Origin: Deltaproteobacteria bacterium
GTDB lineage: Bacteria; Myxococcota_A; Polyangia; Polyangiales; Houyiibacteriaceae
DNA: 64,000 nucleotides
Direction of reading: 5' to 3'
NCBI GenBank assembly: GCA_034670305.1
Contig: JAXMNT010000003.1
Coordinates: 64,001-128,000 of the forward strand
Position 1 is the stretch's first letter, and each line of letters begins with the position of its first letter. Below, piece by piece: positions 41,340-52,716 of the stretch. The position numbers were made by a program, and so were the translations under genes. The notes beneath the pieces were generated by a model, which saw nothing but the letters and a program-made list of their open reading frames with translations, had not been told where the DNA came from and made no database searches.

Positions 41340-41683
41340 CCAGCCGGTGTCGACCACGGCGCTGGGTGTTCTGTCTATCTTGGGTATTGTGTCACAGCTG
41401 TGCAATGACAGCCGACCGTCCCGCGGACTTCCAAGAGTTCTGCGTGGCGGTCAACTCCATCGGCTGCGAAGACGCGGATCTCGAGACCTGGGGTTTCGGA
41501 CCAGCGGAGTGCGTTGCGATGCGAGAGGCTGCGTGTGCGCGACAAGACTGGGGGTGTCTGCCCGAGCCAACCGCCCACGAAGCCTCGACGTGTGAAGCCG
41601 AGTATATTGAGGTCCTGTACGGGGAGCGACCAGGCATGTTCCCAAGAAGCTGCGAGCGAATCTGGGCGTGCCAGGGCTGGTAG
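41336..41683 (+). CDS. Small Cys-rich putative lipoprotein
   Basis: ATGA overlap with the previous stop; hydrophobic leader then HSC; eight further Cys. Confidence 0.6.
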   Translation: MTSRCRPRRWVFCLSWVLCHSCAMTADRPADFQEFCVAVNSIGCEDADLETWGFGPAECVAMREAACARQDWGCLPEPTAHEASTCEAEYIEVLYGERPGMFPRSCERIWACQGW

Positions 41684-41712
41684 CCGGCGGTGGGAACCGT
41701 AGACCGGCGGCG

Positions 41713-42003
41713 CTACTCGGCCTCCACCAGTGCCACCGTCAACGCCGCCGCCGCCTCGTCCAGCTGCTGCCGCGCTTTGCTGAGCGTGCCGCGGGCGTAG
41801 TCCGGCCACGCCGCGACCAGCGTCACCGTGCTCGCAAGCTCTTCTACGAGCGACACGTCCTCCGTCGCGGCGACCTCCAGCTCCCCGAGCCGCACCTGCA
41901 GATCCGTCTCTTCCCGCCGCAGCACCGACTCGGTCGCTTCGAGCCAACGCGCCGCGTCGATGAGCGCCAACCGGAGCGCAGCGATCTCGTCTTTGTCCAT
42001 CAC
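41713..42003 (-). CDS. Small helical/coiled-coil hypothetical protein
   Basis: 96-aa ORF with host-like codon use and an amphipathic helical pattern. Confidence 0.55.
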   Translation of the reverse strand: MMDKDEIAALRLALIDAARWLEATESVLRREETDLQVRLGELEVAATEDVSLVEELASTVTLVAAWPDYARGTLSKARQQLDEAAAALTVALVEAE

Positions 42004-42059
42004 GCGACCATAGCGCGGACTGGTCCGAGGGCGACCAACCCCAGGGCCTTCGGAGACAG

Positions 42060-42156
42060 CGGCAGATTACAGCGGCAGATTGCACCGGCAGATTGCAGCC
42101 CCAGACAAGCCGGCCAGACAAGCCGCGGATACAGCCGCAGCGGCGGCGGATACCGC
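42060..42156. repeat. Degenerate 13-nt tandem repeats (CGGCAGATTRCAS x3, CCAGACAAGCCGS x2)
   Basis: Directly visible in the intergenic region. Confidence 0.75.
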
Positions 42157-42170
42157 TTCGCCGCGCCGGC

Positions 42171-42872
42171 TCAGATCGCCGCTCGAAACCGCCCACACAC
42201 CTCCGCCGGCACCCCCGCCAACGAAAGCGGACGCGCGGGGCCCCGCTCCGTTCCCGCTCCATCGAGCGCGGTGGCCCGCGTCAGCCCGGTTGCGCCACTC
42301 AACGTGGCTTCGACACAGAAGTCTTCGCGGAAGGGTCCAATCAACACTCCGTCGGTGCAGCAGTTCTGCCACACCCAGTCGCACGCGATCTCAGCGCGCG
42401 CTGAGTCGAGCGTGCACTCGCGCGGTTCGTCGCCGACCGCCACCCCATCCACGCGACCCTCCGTCACCTGAAACCGGCCGCGCAACGATCCCATCGATCC
42501 GTCGTTCGGCAGGTCCGCGATCACCGCGAGGTACGCACCGCAGCCGGCGCCGGCCTGCACCGCGACCACGACCTCGTCGCTCACCCGGATGTCGGGCGTC
42601 GGGTTCGCGCTCTCCGGATCCGGCGCGCCGTACGAATACCACTCGGGTCCGCACGCGCCGCGCGCCGCCGCTTCGATCGGCTCACCGTTCAAGAAGAAGC
42701 AGAACAAACCGTCGTCGGCCACTCCGTCGCAGTCGTCGTCGACCTCGTTGCAGACCTCGGCGGTGGCGACGCATCCGCCGTCCGGCACCGGCAGTCCGGT
42801 CCGCGCACCGCATGCGACAAGACCGAAGGCGCACAAGAGCAGGAGCAGGGGCTGGCGGGCGGAGCGAAGCAT
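42171..42872 (-). CDS. Lipoprotein with a Cys/Asp putative metal-binding repeat
   Basis: LVAC|GARTGL; EVCNEVDDDCDGVADDG. Confidence 0.75.
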   Translation of the reverse strand: MLRSARQPLLLLLCAFGLVACGARTGLPVPDGGCVATAEVCNEVDDDCDGVADDGLFCFFLNGEPIEAAARGACGPEWYSYGAPDPESANPTPDIRVSDEVVVAVQAGAGCGAYLAVIADLPNDGSMGSLRGRFQVTEGRVDGVAVGDEPRECTLDSARAEIACDWVWQNCCTDGVLIGPFREDFCVEATLSGATGLTRATALDGAGTERGPARPLSLAGVPAEVCGRFRAAI

Positions 42873-42958
42873 GCGGGCCGAAGGTAGCAGGGCCAGCGGG
42901 CGGGAACGGACACTGCAGCAGAACCAGGGCGCTCGGCATCCGCAGCCCTTCCTTCTGC

Positions 42959-43855
42959 CTACCGCAGCAGCCAGGCCAGCGCGGAGGCGATTCCGGTCAG
43001 GGCGATGGTCCACTTGAGGATCGGATCCATGCCGGTCCTGGTCGGCGGGACCACATCGTCTGCACGCTTCTTCGTCGTCGGCGGCTCTTCTTCCTGCGGT
43101 GCGGCCGCGCCGACGCCGAGCACGTGCACGGGCTGGCTCGGGTCGCCGGCCGCAGTGAGACACATCGGGCGGTCGCGGTAACCGCCGCCGCCGCTGTAGC
43201 CCTCGGGCATGGGCTGCATATGGAACGTCGCGGTCACGCTGACCTCCATGCCTTCGGCGAGCACGACCTCCCAGCGTTTGGTGACGAGCTGCACCGAGCG
43301 GCTGCCCGCCTCCGCGTCGGCCAGGTGCGCGTTGCGTTCGATCCACGCCTCTTGGGTCTTGAGGCTGCTTCCCAGGTGCACCTTGCCGCGGGCGTGGGCT
43401 TTGACCGCGCACAAGAGCGTCGCGACCTTCGCGAGCCGTCGACGTTCTTTGGCGGCCTCGGAGATGTTCGGTCCGGCGCCTTCCCGCAAGATGTCCTTGA
43501 GCTCTTTGATCCGTTTCGAGACCGCCTGAATGTCGGCAGACGCCGCCTCGACGATCTGCTGCTGACGGTCCGCACGCACGTCCACGTCGAGGCTGCTCGG
43601 ACCCGACGTCGCCTCACCGGCGGACACAGCGGGCACCCGCACCAGGACCCGATCGCCGCCCGACTCCTGGACCCAGAAGTCCATGCCCTCGTGTTCGAGC
43701 GGCGTCCCGTCCATGCCTTGGCGGATGTCCCAGTACACGCACGGCTGTTCGCTCAGCTTGGAGGTCAGCAAGGGCGGCCGCGCAGCGCGGACCTCGCCGC
43801 GCACAGTCGCGCGGGTTCCGTCCGTCACGTTGGCGATGCGCGTGACCTCGGACAC
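42959..43855 (-). CDS. Hypothetical protein, GIDE-like domain with a helical insert and C-terminal TM
   Basis: VRGEV..PLLTS.LS..PCVYW and DFWVQE.GG.RVLV pattern; E.VL.EG..V.V; C-terminal hydrophobic helix. Confidence 0.55.
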   Translation of the reverse strand: MSEVTRIANVTDGTRATVRGEVRAARPPLLTSKLSEQPCVYWDIRQGMDGTPLEHEGMDFWVQESGGDRVLVRVPAVSAGEATSGPSSLDVDVRADRQQQIVEAASADIQAVSKRIKELKDILREGAGPNISEAAKERRRLAKVATLLCAVKAHARGKVHLGSSLKTQEAWIERNAHLADAEAGSRSVQLVTKRWEVVLAEGMEVSVTATFHMQPMPEGYSGGGGYRDRPMCLTAAGDPSQPVHVLGVGAAAPQEEEPPTTKKRADDVVPPTRTGMDPILKWTIALTGIASALAWLLR

Positions 43856-43859
43856 CGCG

Positions 43860-46031
<2,172 letters not shown>

Positions 46032-46248
46032 GGAGGGTGCGTACCACTTCACCGTCGGGCTCGGTAGGAGCTAGGCGCTACTCAGCGTTGTCGCTTCACG
46101 ACGCCACGCGTCGCAACGGTCGGAACGCGCGCGGAAGGCGGCGCGGAACGCGCCGAGCAGGGGCAGAGACTCGGCTCCTCGGTCACCGATGCCCGAATTG
46201 GACAGTTCGGCGGATCCCGGATTCAGAAGCGCCGCGGTGCGAGCGGTC

Positions 46249-46698
46249 CTAGGGCAGGCCGGCGTCGATCCAGGCGACCAGGCGTTGGCGTTCTTCGTCG
46301 CTCGGGCTCGGACCGCTGCCGATCGGGAACTGGCGCGGGGGCGGTGAGCTGCAGTCGGCGAGCGCGACATCGCTCGTGCCGCAACGGATCCGGTCTTGGT
46401 CGCGCATGACGTCGTCGATGGTGCGGTAGTCGCGGCGACCGCCCGAGTGACACTCGACGCAGTAGGTCGCGAAGAAGTTCTCCCCGAAGGTCTCCCACGT
46501 GTCTTCGACCGGCGGCGCGTCTTCGTCCGCCCCGGCGTCTTGCCCAGCGTCGACTTCGGTTCCGGCGTCGCCGCCCGCGTCCGATGGCATCGACGAGTCG
46601 GAACCGGCGTCCACGCCGCCGCTGCTGTCGTCGTCACCACACCCGAACGACAGAATCCCCAGAGCCAACAAGCACATCGCGGTTCGCATGGCGGCCAC
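46249..46698 (-). CDS. Small c-type cytochrome lipoprotein
   Basis: SFGC|GDDD lipobox; CVECH heme motif; C-terminal ER..LVAWIDAG. Confidence 0.75.
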   Translation of the reverse strand: MAAMRTAMCLLALGILSFGCGDDDSSGGVDAGSDSSMPSDAGGDAGTEVDAGQDAGADEDAPPVEDTWETFGENFFATYCVECHSGGRRDYRTIDDVMRDQDRIRCGTSDVALADCSSPPPRQFPIGSGPSPSDEERQRLVAWIDAGLP

Positions 46699-46716
46699 GC
46701 TACGCCGAGTTGACGC

Positions 46717-47424
46717 TCAGACCAAGCCGTCGTCCCAGCCGATGCCGTCCTTCGCATGGCCCGCCGCGTGATCCCACTCGTCTTGGAGCACCGCGTACAG
46801 CAGCGTGTCGGTCCAACCGAGCGGGTTCTCCCGTGGGTACCCGAGGTAGCGCTCGCGGCGAAACTTGCCCTCGAGCCGCAGCCCCAGGCGCTCGCACACC
46901 CGTTTGGATCCGAGGTTCTGGGTCGCGACGTAACAATAGACCCGGCGCAGTCCCCATCCACCGGCGTCGATCGGCCGGAGCGCGCTGCCGACCAGCGCGC
47001 CCACCGCCTCGGTCGCGAGCCCCTTCTTCTGCTCCGAACCTCGGATCCAGTACCCGATCTCGGTCTGGCGCAGCCGCGGGTGCAGCTCGTGCAATCCGGT
47101 GCCGCCGACCAGCCGGCCCGTGGCGCGCTCGAAGATCCCGAGCGGGAAGTTGTTGCAGTCCGGCCGCGCGGTGCCGCGCACGTGCGTCTCGACGTAGTGG
47201 ATCGAATCTTCGACTCGGCGGTGATCGGTCGAGGCCCAGATCATCCAAGGCAGGATCGACTCTCGGTCGCTGTCGATCGCCTCGAAGAGCCTCGGGCCAT
47301 CGCCCGGCTCGTACCGGCGAATGGTCAGCCTCTCGGTGTGGATGGCGGGCGGCCGAGGATCGGGTGCACGCCACGCCGGCTCGTCCCAGGTCCACTCCAG
47401 CCACTTCATCGGATGGTCGGTCAT
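46717..47424 (-). CDS. GNAT N-acetyltransferase (RimJ/RimL-like)
   Basis: TERLTIR, EIGYWI, QKKGLATEA, N.GS.RV.ERLG..EG. Confidence 0.88.
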   Translation of the reverse strand: MTDHPMKWLEWTWDEPAWRAPDPRPPAIHTERLTIRRYEPGDGPRLFEAIDSDRESILPWMIWASTDHRRVEDSIHYVETHVRGTARPDCNNFPLGIFERATGRLVGGTGLHELHPRLRQTEIGYWIRGSEQKKGLATEAVGALVGSALRPIDAGGWGLRRVYCYVATQNLGSKRVCERLGLRLEGKFRRERYLGYPRENPLGWTDTLLYAVLQDEWDHAAGHAKDGIGWDDGLV

Positions 47425-47533
47425 CGGGGCTGCAGGGTACCGCGAGCCGGCAACTCCAGTGCACCGCCTTCGCGACCCCACTGAGCGTCGAGTGCGTGCG
47501 TTCGACAGCCCCGGGCTCGACACTCAGTAGCCC

Positions 47534-47570
47534 AAAACGAAAACGGCCCCTCGCGGATGCGAGGAGCCGT
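47534..47570 (-). terminator. Rho-independent terminator
   Basis: Stem ACGGCCCCTCGC/GCGAGGAGCCGT; the minus strand is followed by TTTCGTTTT, downstream of the 47593 stop. Confidence 0.75.
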
Positions 47571-47592
47571 GTTCCGATCGATCGAGCTGGGA

Positions 47593-48120
47593 CTACGGGC
47601 GAACCGCGTTGCTCTGGAGCTCCGTGATCTTCAGCTGGCCACGAATGTTCTCACCGGCTCGGTAGCTGGTGACCCAGATGTCGTACTGGCCCGCGCGCGG
47701 GTTGCGGATGTCCACCTGGGGGTTGAGGCCCGCGGTGTCGTCGTTGCAGTGCCAGGTGCCGCCCGCGTCGTTGATCGCGAGGGCGGTGTCGCCGCTGCCC
47801 TGGAAGTAGACGCGAAGGAAGCTGCCGCTGCCGGTCCAGTTGAGGATCACGTCCGGCTGCGCCGTGGCGAAGCCCGTGCAGCCCGAGCCGAGGCCCATGG
47901 TCGCGACGTTCAGGCTGCCGCCCGAAACGATGTTGCCGATCACCTTCGGGTCGGGCGTGAACCCGGCCGCCAAGCGGTGGGTTCCGAAGTTGGCCCGGCT
48001 TCCGCCGATGGAGAGGCTGCCCTGTGCGACCGAGTGGCCGTGGGTGCCGAGCACGAGCGCCGCGCCGAGCACTCCGAGCGCGATATGCATCTTCCCGATT
48101 TTCTTCACGAATTCCTCCAT
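47593..48120 (-). CDS. Small secreted PPC-like beta-sandwich protein
   Basis: Signal peptide; GFTPDP, GCTGF...PD, DT.L.IND..G.W.CNDD, NP, G.YDIWV. The start could be 48090, 48108 or 48120. Confidence 0.75.
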   Translation of the reverse strand: MEEFVKKIGKMHIALGVLGAALVLGTHGHSVAQGSLSIGGSRANFGTHRLAAGFTPDPKVIGNIVSGGSLNVATMGLGSGCTGFATAQPDVILNWTGSGSFLRVYFQGSGDTALAINDAGGTWHCNDDTAGLNPQVDIRNPRAGQYDIWVTSYRAGENIRGQLKITELQSNAVRP

Positions 48121-48359
48121 TCCTCGGCCGATGCGTACGACACCGACCCTCTCGCCGCCCCCCAACAACCGCTTCCCCACGTCGAGTACCCCACCTTGAG
48201 GTACCCGTCCGCAAAGGCGTCTGGGAGTGCGACACGAACCTGGTTCACCAGGGCCATCGACGGGGACCATACTTGGATATTCACAAATGTTGATTGGAAA
48301 AATCCGGGCCAATCTCCCGCGTCCCAGAACATCCGCAAATCTGGGCCGTCCCACCTTCC

Positions 48360-49445
48360 ATGCGCGATCTCGCCCGCCCTCGCTCTCGCCGCCCCTCGAT
48401 CGGGGGACGGGCCATCTGCGCCCTCGCCGTGTTCGTCTGTATCGCTTCGGCTGTGCCAGTTCAGGCGCAGCGGCCAGGTTTGGAAGTGGTCCAGGACGGG
48501 CGAACAAGCGGGGTACACGCGCGGGTCGGTGAAGTGGTCCGGCTCAGGGTCCAGCCCCGTCGCGGAACACTCGATGCGGCCGCCCAGGTGGTCTGGCACC
48601 GGATCGTGCCGAGGCCCGTCCACGTGGACTTGCCCTACGCGAACGACGGAGACCCGACCTATGCCAACAGCGTGCTCGGCGGGGAGGACCACGGAGAGTG
48701 GCTCGGGTTCGACACGCTCGAGTACGACGTGGTGCCGGTCGTTGCGAACGACCACCTGACGATCGAAGGACAGTCTCTGGTCGTGCGCGGAACCGGCGCC
48801 CACGGCGGGGCCGGAACCCAGTTCTTCGGCGCCACCGCCACGCTGCCGGACGGCCGGGTGCTCTCCACCGCCACCATCGACCACACCGACTCCGTCGGGC
48901 TGGCGGCGTCCGTGTTCCGCGTCAGCTTCCGGCAGAGCGACGACTTCCTCGGCTGGATGAGCAGCTACTTCGACGTGCCCTACGTCTTCGGCAGCACCCC
49001 GCGCCAGTCGGAGCGGTACACCGGCATCGACTGCGCCGACGTGCTCGTGGCAGCACGGCGCCGAGACTCGGGCGCCAACCTTCGGTATACGTCGGTCTCG
49101 GGCATCGGCCGGCTCGCGGAAGCCGCCAGCGAGGTCGTGATTCTACGCCGGGACGATCGGATCCTGCGCGATGGCGAAGGCGCCCCGGTCGAACTCCGCT
49201 GGGGCAGCGACGTCCTGCCGGGTGACTTGATGGCGATCGACTACGCAGACGATCCCGATGGCGAGCTCCCACGCGCGTGGGATCACATCGGCGCGCTCCT
49301 GCGCGACTCCGGACCCGGAGGCCGGCCAGACGGAGTGCTCGGCGGCGACGACCTTCTCCGGCACATGGGCCGCCGCGGCCTCGTCGACGAACCCCTCCAC
49401 CGCCACGGCTCGGTCCGGCTCCGCGTCTGGCGGTGGAAACGCTGA
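48360..49445 (+). CDS. Secreted protein with a C-terminal NlpC/P60-like domain
   Basis: Signal peptide VQA|Q; VPYVFG, GIDCAD, PGDL, DHIG. Confidence 0.7.
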   Translation: MRDLARPRSRRPSIGGRAICALAVFVCIASAVPVQAQRPGLEVVQDGRTSGVHARVGEVVRLRVQPRRGTLDAAAQVVWHRIVPRPVHVDLPYANDGDPTYANSVLGGEDHGEWLGFDTLEYDVVPVVANDHLTIEGQSLVVRGTGAHGGAGTQFFGATATLPDGRVLSTATIDHTDSVGLAASVFRVSFRQSDDFLGWMSSYFDVPYVFGSTPRQSERYTGIDCADVLVAARRRDSGANLRYTSVSGIGRLAEAASEVVILRRDDRILRDGEGAPVELRWGSDVLPGDLMAIDYADDPDGELPRAWDHIGALLRDSGPGGRPDGVLGGDDLLRHMGRRGLVDEPLHRHGSVRLRVWRWKR

Positions 49446-49458
49446 GCGCTTAGTCCGG

Positions 49459-49733
49459 TATCGGCGGCCTCGGCTTCGGCCTCGGCTTCGGCTTCGGATT
49501 CGGCATCGGCATCGGCATCGGCTTCGGCTTCGGCTTCGGGGTCGGCATCGGCTTCGGATTCGGCGTCGGCATGAGCGTCGGCATCGGCGTCGGCTTCGGC
49601 ATCGGCATCGGAATCGGCTTCGGAATCGGCTTCGGCTTCGGCTTCGGCATCGGGCAAGGGCACGGGCAAGGGCAGGGGCAAGGGCAGGCACGGCACGGGC
49701 AGGCACGGCACGGGCACGGGCACGGGCAAGGGG
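49459..49733. repeat. Intergenic compound hexamer array D: (TCGGNN)n-(CAAGGG/CACGGG)n
   Basis: Directly visible 6-nt periodicity. Confidence 0.93.
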
Positions 49734-49771
49734 CTCGCCTCTCGACCGCCAGGTGGTAAAGGCCACCGGAT

Positions 49772-50707
49772 ATGTGGCTCGTCCTCGCGCATGCGTTCGA
49801 AGTGCTCCTTCTGCTCGCGGTCCCGATCTGGGTCGCCAAGCGGATCGCACGTGCGTCCGCGGGCCAGGCCAAGCAGTCGAACTGGAAGGGCATCTTCGGC
49901 GCGGGCGTGCTCACCTTCATCCTCGCCGAAGTCCTGCGCATGGGCCTCTCCCACGCCGAGGGCTACGCGATCGGAAGCGGCTGGGTCGACCTCGACCTGC
50001 GGGGACCCAACGGTCCCCTGATCACCGCCGCCCTGGCCGGCGTCAGCACTGCCCTGACCGACCAGTTGGCGCGTCTCTTCGCGTTCTCGCGATGGATCGA
50101 TGGCCGGCGCAGCCGGATCGGCGCGCTGCACGGCATTGGTCAGGGCGGCGCGCAGGCGATGCTCTCCGGGCTTCTGGTGCTCTGGATGGCCGGCATCGCG
50201 ATCGTGCTCGAGGGGCACACGATGTCCGAAGTGCAGTCGATGGGCTTCGAAGGCCGCACCGCGATCCGAGTCGGCGCGCGCGTCTACGCCTGGTGGGCCA
50301 GCAGCCCCGTGGACGCGCTGACGTCCGGCGCGGGGGAACTGGCGATCGTCGCGCTGCACGTCGGACTCAGCGTCACCGTCTTGCGCGCAGTGCGCACCCG
50401 AGGGTGGCGGTGGTTGTGGTTCGCGCTCGGCGCGCAGGCGGTGCTCATCACGCTCGTCACGTGGATCGCCGCGACCTCCAGCGGCTGGGCGACGCTCGGC
50501 GTGCAGGTCGGGGTCGCGCTCGCGGGCTTCGCGATGGTGCGGCTCGCCGCGCCGGGACTCGACGGTGCGTTCCGCGCTCAGTCGGACGGGGACGGCGCTT
50601 CGGGCGACGACGCTTCGGACGGAGCCTCGGACGACGACGCTTCGGACGGTGACGCTTCGGACGGTGCATCGGACGCATCCGGCGACGCCGCGCGCTCCGA
50701 CAAGTAG
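49772..50707 (+). CDS. YhfC/PrsW-like intramembrane protease homolog, catalytically degenerate
   Basis: Multi-[12 protein letters not shown]...[21 protein letters not shown] align by eye with YhfC motifs. Confidence 0.65.
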   Translation: MWLVLAHAFEVLLLLAVPIWVAKRIARASAGQAKQSNWKGIFGAGVLTFILAEVLRMGLSHAEGYAIGSGWVDLDLRGPNGPLITAALAGVSTALTDQLARLFAFSRWIDGRRSRIGALHGIGQGGAQAMLSGLLVLWMAGIAIVLEGHTMSEVQSMGFEGRTAIRVGARVYAWWASSPVDALTSGAGELAIVALHVGLSVTVLRAVRTRGWRWLWFALGAQAVLITLVTWIAATSSGWATLGVQVGVALAGFAMVRLAAPGLDGAFRAQSDGDGASGDDASDGASDDDASDGDASDGASDASGDAARSDK

Positions 50708-52164
50708 CGCGCGAAGCCCGCGAGCATCGCCTTGTAGTAGAGGTTGCCCACCACGGCGTAGCCGGCCGGCGTCATGTGGCGCAGGTCCGACGACGCGAGT
50801 CGGGGTCGGCTCTCGAGCCAGCGCGCCACCGCGCCCTCCCCGCCCATCGCGGTCCAGGTGTCGTAGAACGCGCAGCCCTGGGCGAACGCGGCGGCGCGCT
50901 GCGCGGCCACGATGTTGGGAATGGTGCCCATGGTCTGGACCCGGCCCCGGTCGTCGCGTTCGCCCTGGTCGAGCGGCGAGAAGACCAAGCACCCGAGATC
51001 GTCGCGCCCACCACGCATGCGCTCGATGACCTGCTCGTACTCGGCCTGGTACCGGTCCGCGGCGATGTTGTCCCCCGCTTCGTTGCCGCCGAAACCGAGC
51101 ACCACCAGGTTCGTGCCGCGCATCTCGATCTGCCCCGCCACATGGGCCTCATCGTAGTAGAGCAAACGCGCGGCGCGGGCGCCGACCAGTCCGATGGAGT
51201 CGTACACCACGCCCGGCGCTTCGCGCTCGAGCACCACGCCGTACACGCGCGGTTGGCCGTGCCCACCGAACCGCACGCTGAGCCGGTGCGGTCCGTCCGG
51301 CACGACGATCTCTTCGACCGCGTCTTCGCGTTCTGTGGACCGGGTCTCGATGACCTGCCGCTCCCCACCGTCGACTTCGTAGTGGATGTGCCCACCGCGG
51401 CGGTGGCGTTGGTAGAAGATCCGAAAGCGCGAGACCTGTTGCCCGACGGGGCCGTCCTCGCTGGTCTCGAACCGTGTCCACGCACCCGGCCGACCACGGA
51501 ACTGCACGCCGCCGAGGCCGTAGTATCCGCTCGAGTCGTGGTTGCGCGTCACTTCGCGAAGCATCCAGTCGTCGCTCGACGAGTGCTGCACGTCCCGGTG
51601 CCGGTACGCGAGGTAGCCCTTGCCCGCCAGCACGAACCCATGGCCGCCATCGCCGAACCGCCGCTGCAAGCGCCGGCGCACCGTGTGCGTGATGAGGTCC
51701 GTCGCGATGCTCGAGTCCCCCCAGTGCGAGATGCGCGTCATCGCGTCGGGCTTCGACAGCGCGGTGTTGCGCAGCGCCTCGTAGAACGGTCGCATGCCGC
51801 GTCCCGTCGGGTCTTCGATCTGGACGTCGATGCCCTCGTACTCGCGCGGGTTCACCTGCACCCGCGGTCCGGTCGGCTCTTCTTCGTCGTCTCCGAGGTT
51901 GGCCGCCACGGCGGGCCCGAGCTCGTTGGCGTCCGGATTGACTTCGGGTTCCGGCTCTTCGGTGCCCATGCCGGAGAAGGTGTACGCCTCCTGGGCCGGC
52001 GTGAAGAGGCTCTCGAGCGGGTACGACTCCCCCGCCTTCCAAGGCGCGAACCGGTGCAGCGCCGGGATCGCGTAGACGAAGCTGATCACGAACGCGAGCG
52101 TCAGCGCCATCACCGAAAGATGGCGCATCGCCTCCTTCGTCTGCTCCTCGGTCCCGTCCGCCAC
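50578..52164 (-). CDS. SGNH/GDSL family protein (PatB-like O-acetyltransferase/esterase)
   Basis: N-terminal TM; HWGDSS..D, FGDGGHG, GFGGNE, DLRHMT..GY. Start at 52164 or 52128. Confidence 0.85.
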   Translation of the reverse strand: MADGTEEQTKEAMRHLSVMALTLAFVISFVYAIPALHRFAPWKAGESYPLESLFTPAQEAYTFSGMGTEEPEPEVNPDANELGPAVAANLGDDEEEPTGPRVQVNPREYEGIDVQIEDPTGRGMRPFYEALRNTALSKPDAMTRISHWGDSSIATDLITHTVRRRLQRRFGDGGHGFVLAGKGYLAYRHRDVQHSSSDDWMLREVTRNHDSSGYYGLGGVQFRGRPGAWTRFETSEDGPVGQQVSRFRIFYQRHRRGGHIHYEVDGGERQVIETRSTEREDAVEEIVVPDGPHRLSVRFGGHGQPRVYGVVLEREAPGVVYDSIGLVGARAARLLYYDEAHVAGQIEMRGTNLVVLGFGGNEAGDNIAADRYQAEYEQVIERMRGGRDDLGCLVFSPLDQGERDDRGRVQTMGTIPNIVAAQRAAAFAQGCAFYDTWTAMGGEGAVARWLESRPRLASSDLRHMTPAGYAVVGNLYYKAMLAGFARYLSERAASPDASDAPSEASPSEASSSEAPSEASSPEAPSPSD

Positions 52165-52506
52165 GCGAAGGGTATGGATCGCCCCGCGCCAGACGCGCAA
52201 GCGCCCGCGGCTCGCCGCAGGCCGGAGGGGATGCGTGTTGAGCGCGCAACTCAACTCGCCATGGAACAGCCGAAGGAACTCCGGCCGCTTCTCCTCGTTA
52301 GGTCGAGGTGGTGGTGGTTGACGACGTGCAGAAGGGAGACCCCCGTCTACTGCGCATGCCCCAGCGCGTACAGCCAAGCTTGGTCCACACCTGGATGCCA
52401 AGGAGCCAGGAACGCCTTCCGAAAGTTCGTTCGACGCGTCAGCGCATACCTCGCACCGCGTACGACTGGCCGTCTCCGTCTCTCGGACGTTTTGAGAGTT
52501 TCGGCT

Positions 52507-52673
52507 GGCAACAGACTTTCGAGCACCTGGGACGACTGTTTCAACAATTTCGGCTGGCGCCCGCCACCCAACCGCCAGCGGCCCGCCACCCCGAACGGCT
52601 GCGACCCAGGCAACAGGCTTTCGAGCACCTGGGACTGATCAACCCGTCTGAGACGAGCACCTGGGACTGATCA
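52507..52673. repeat. Short dispersed direct repeats GGCAACAGRCTTTCGAGCACCTGGGAC (x2) plus a partial third copy
   Basis: 27-mers at 52507-52533 and 52609-52635 differ at one position; CGAGCACCTGGGACTGATCA occurs at 52622-52641 and 52654-52673. Confidence 0.85.
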
Positions 52674-52716
52674 GCCGCGGCGTAACGGACCATGAACTGC
52701 TTGGCAGGTGAACACG

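Noticed and set aside
52170-52500. ORFs 52308..52670 and 52347..52628 and the long upstream extension of the SGNH gene
   Set aside because: No recognisable motifs, and they run through the repeat patchwork; probably non-coding or decayed sequence.
52507-52673. Possible mini CRISPR array
   Set aside because: Only two full repeats, gaps of 75 and 18 nt are irregular, and no cas genes are present.
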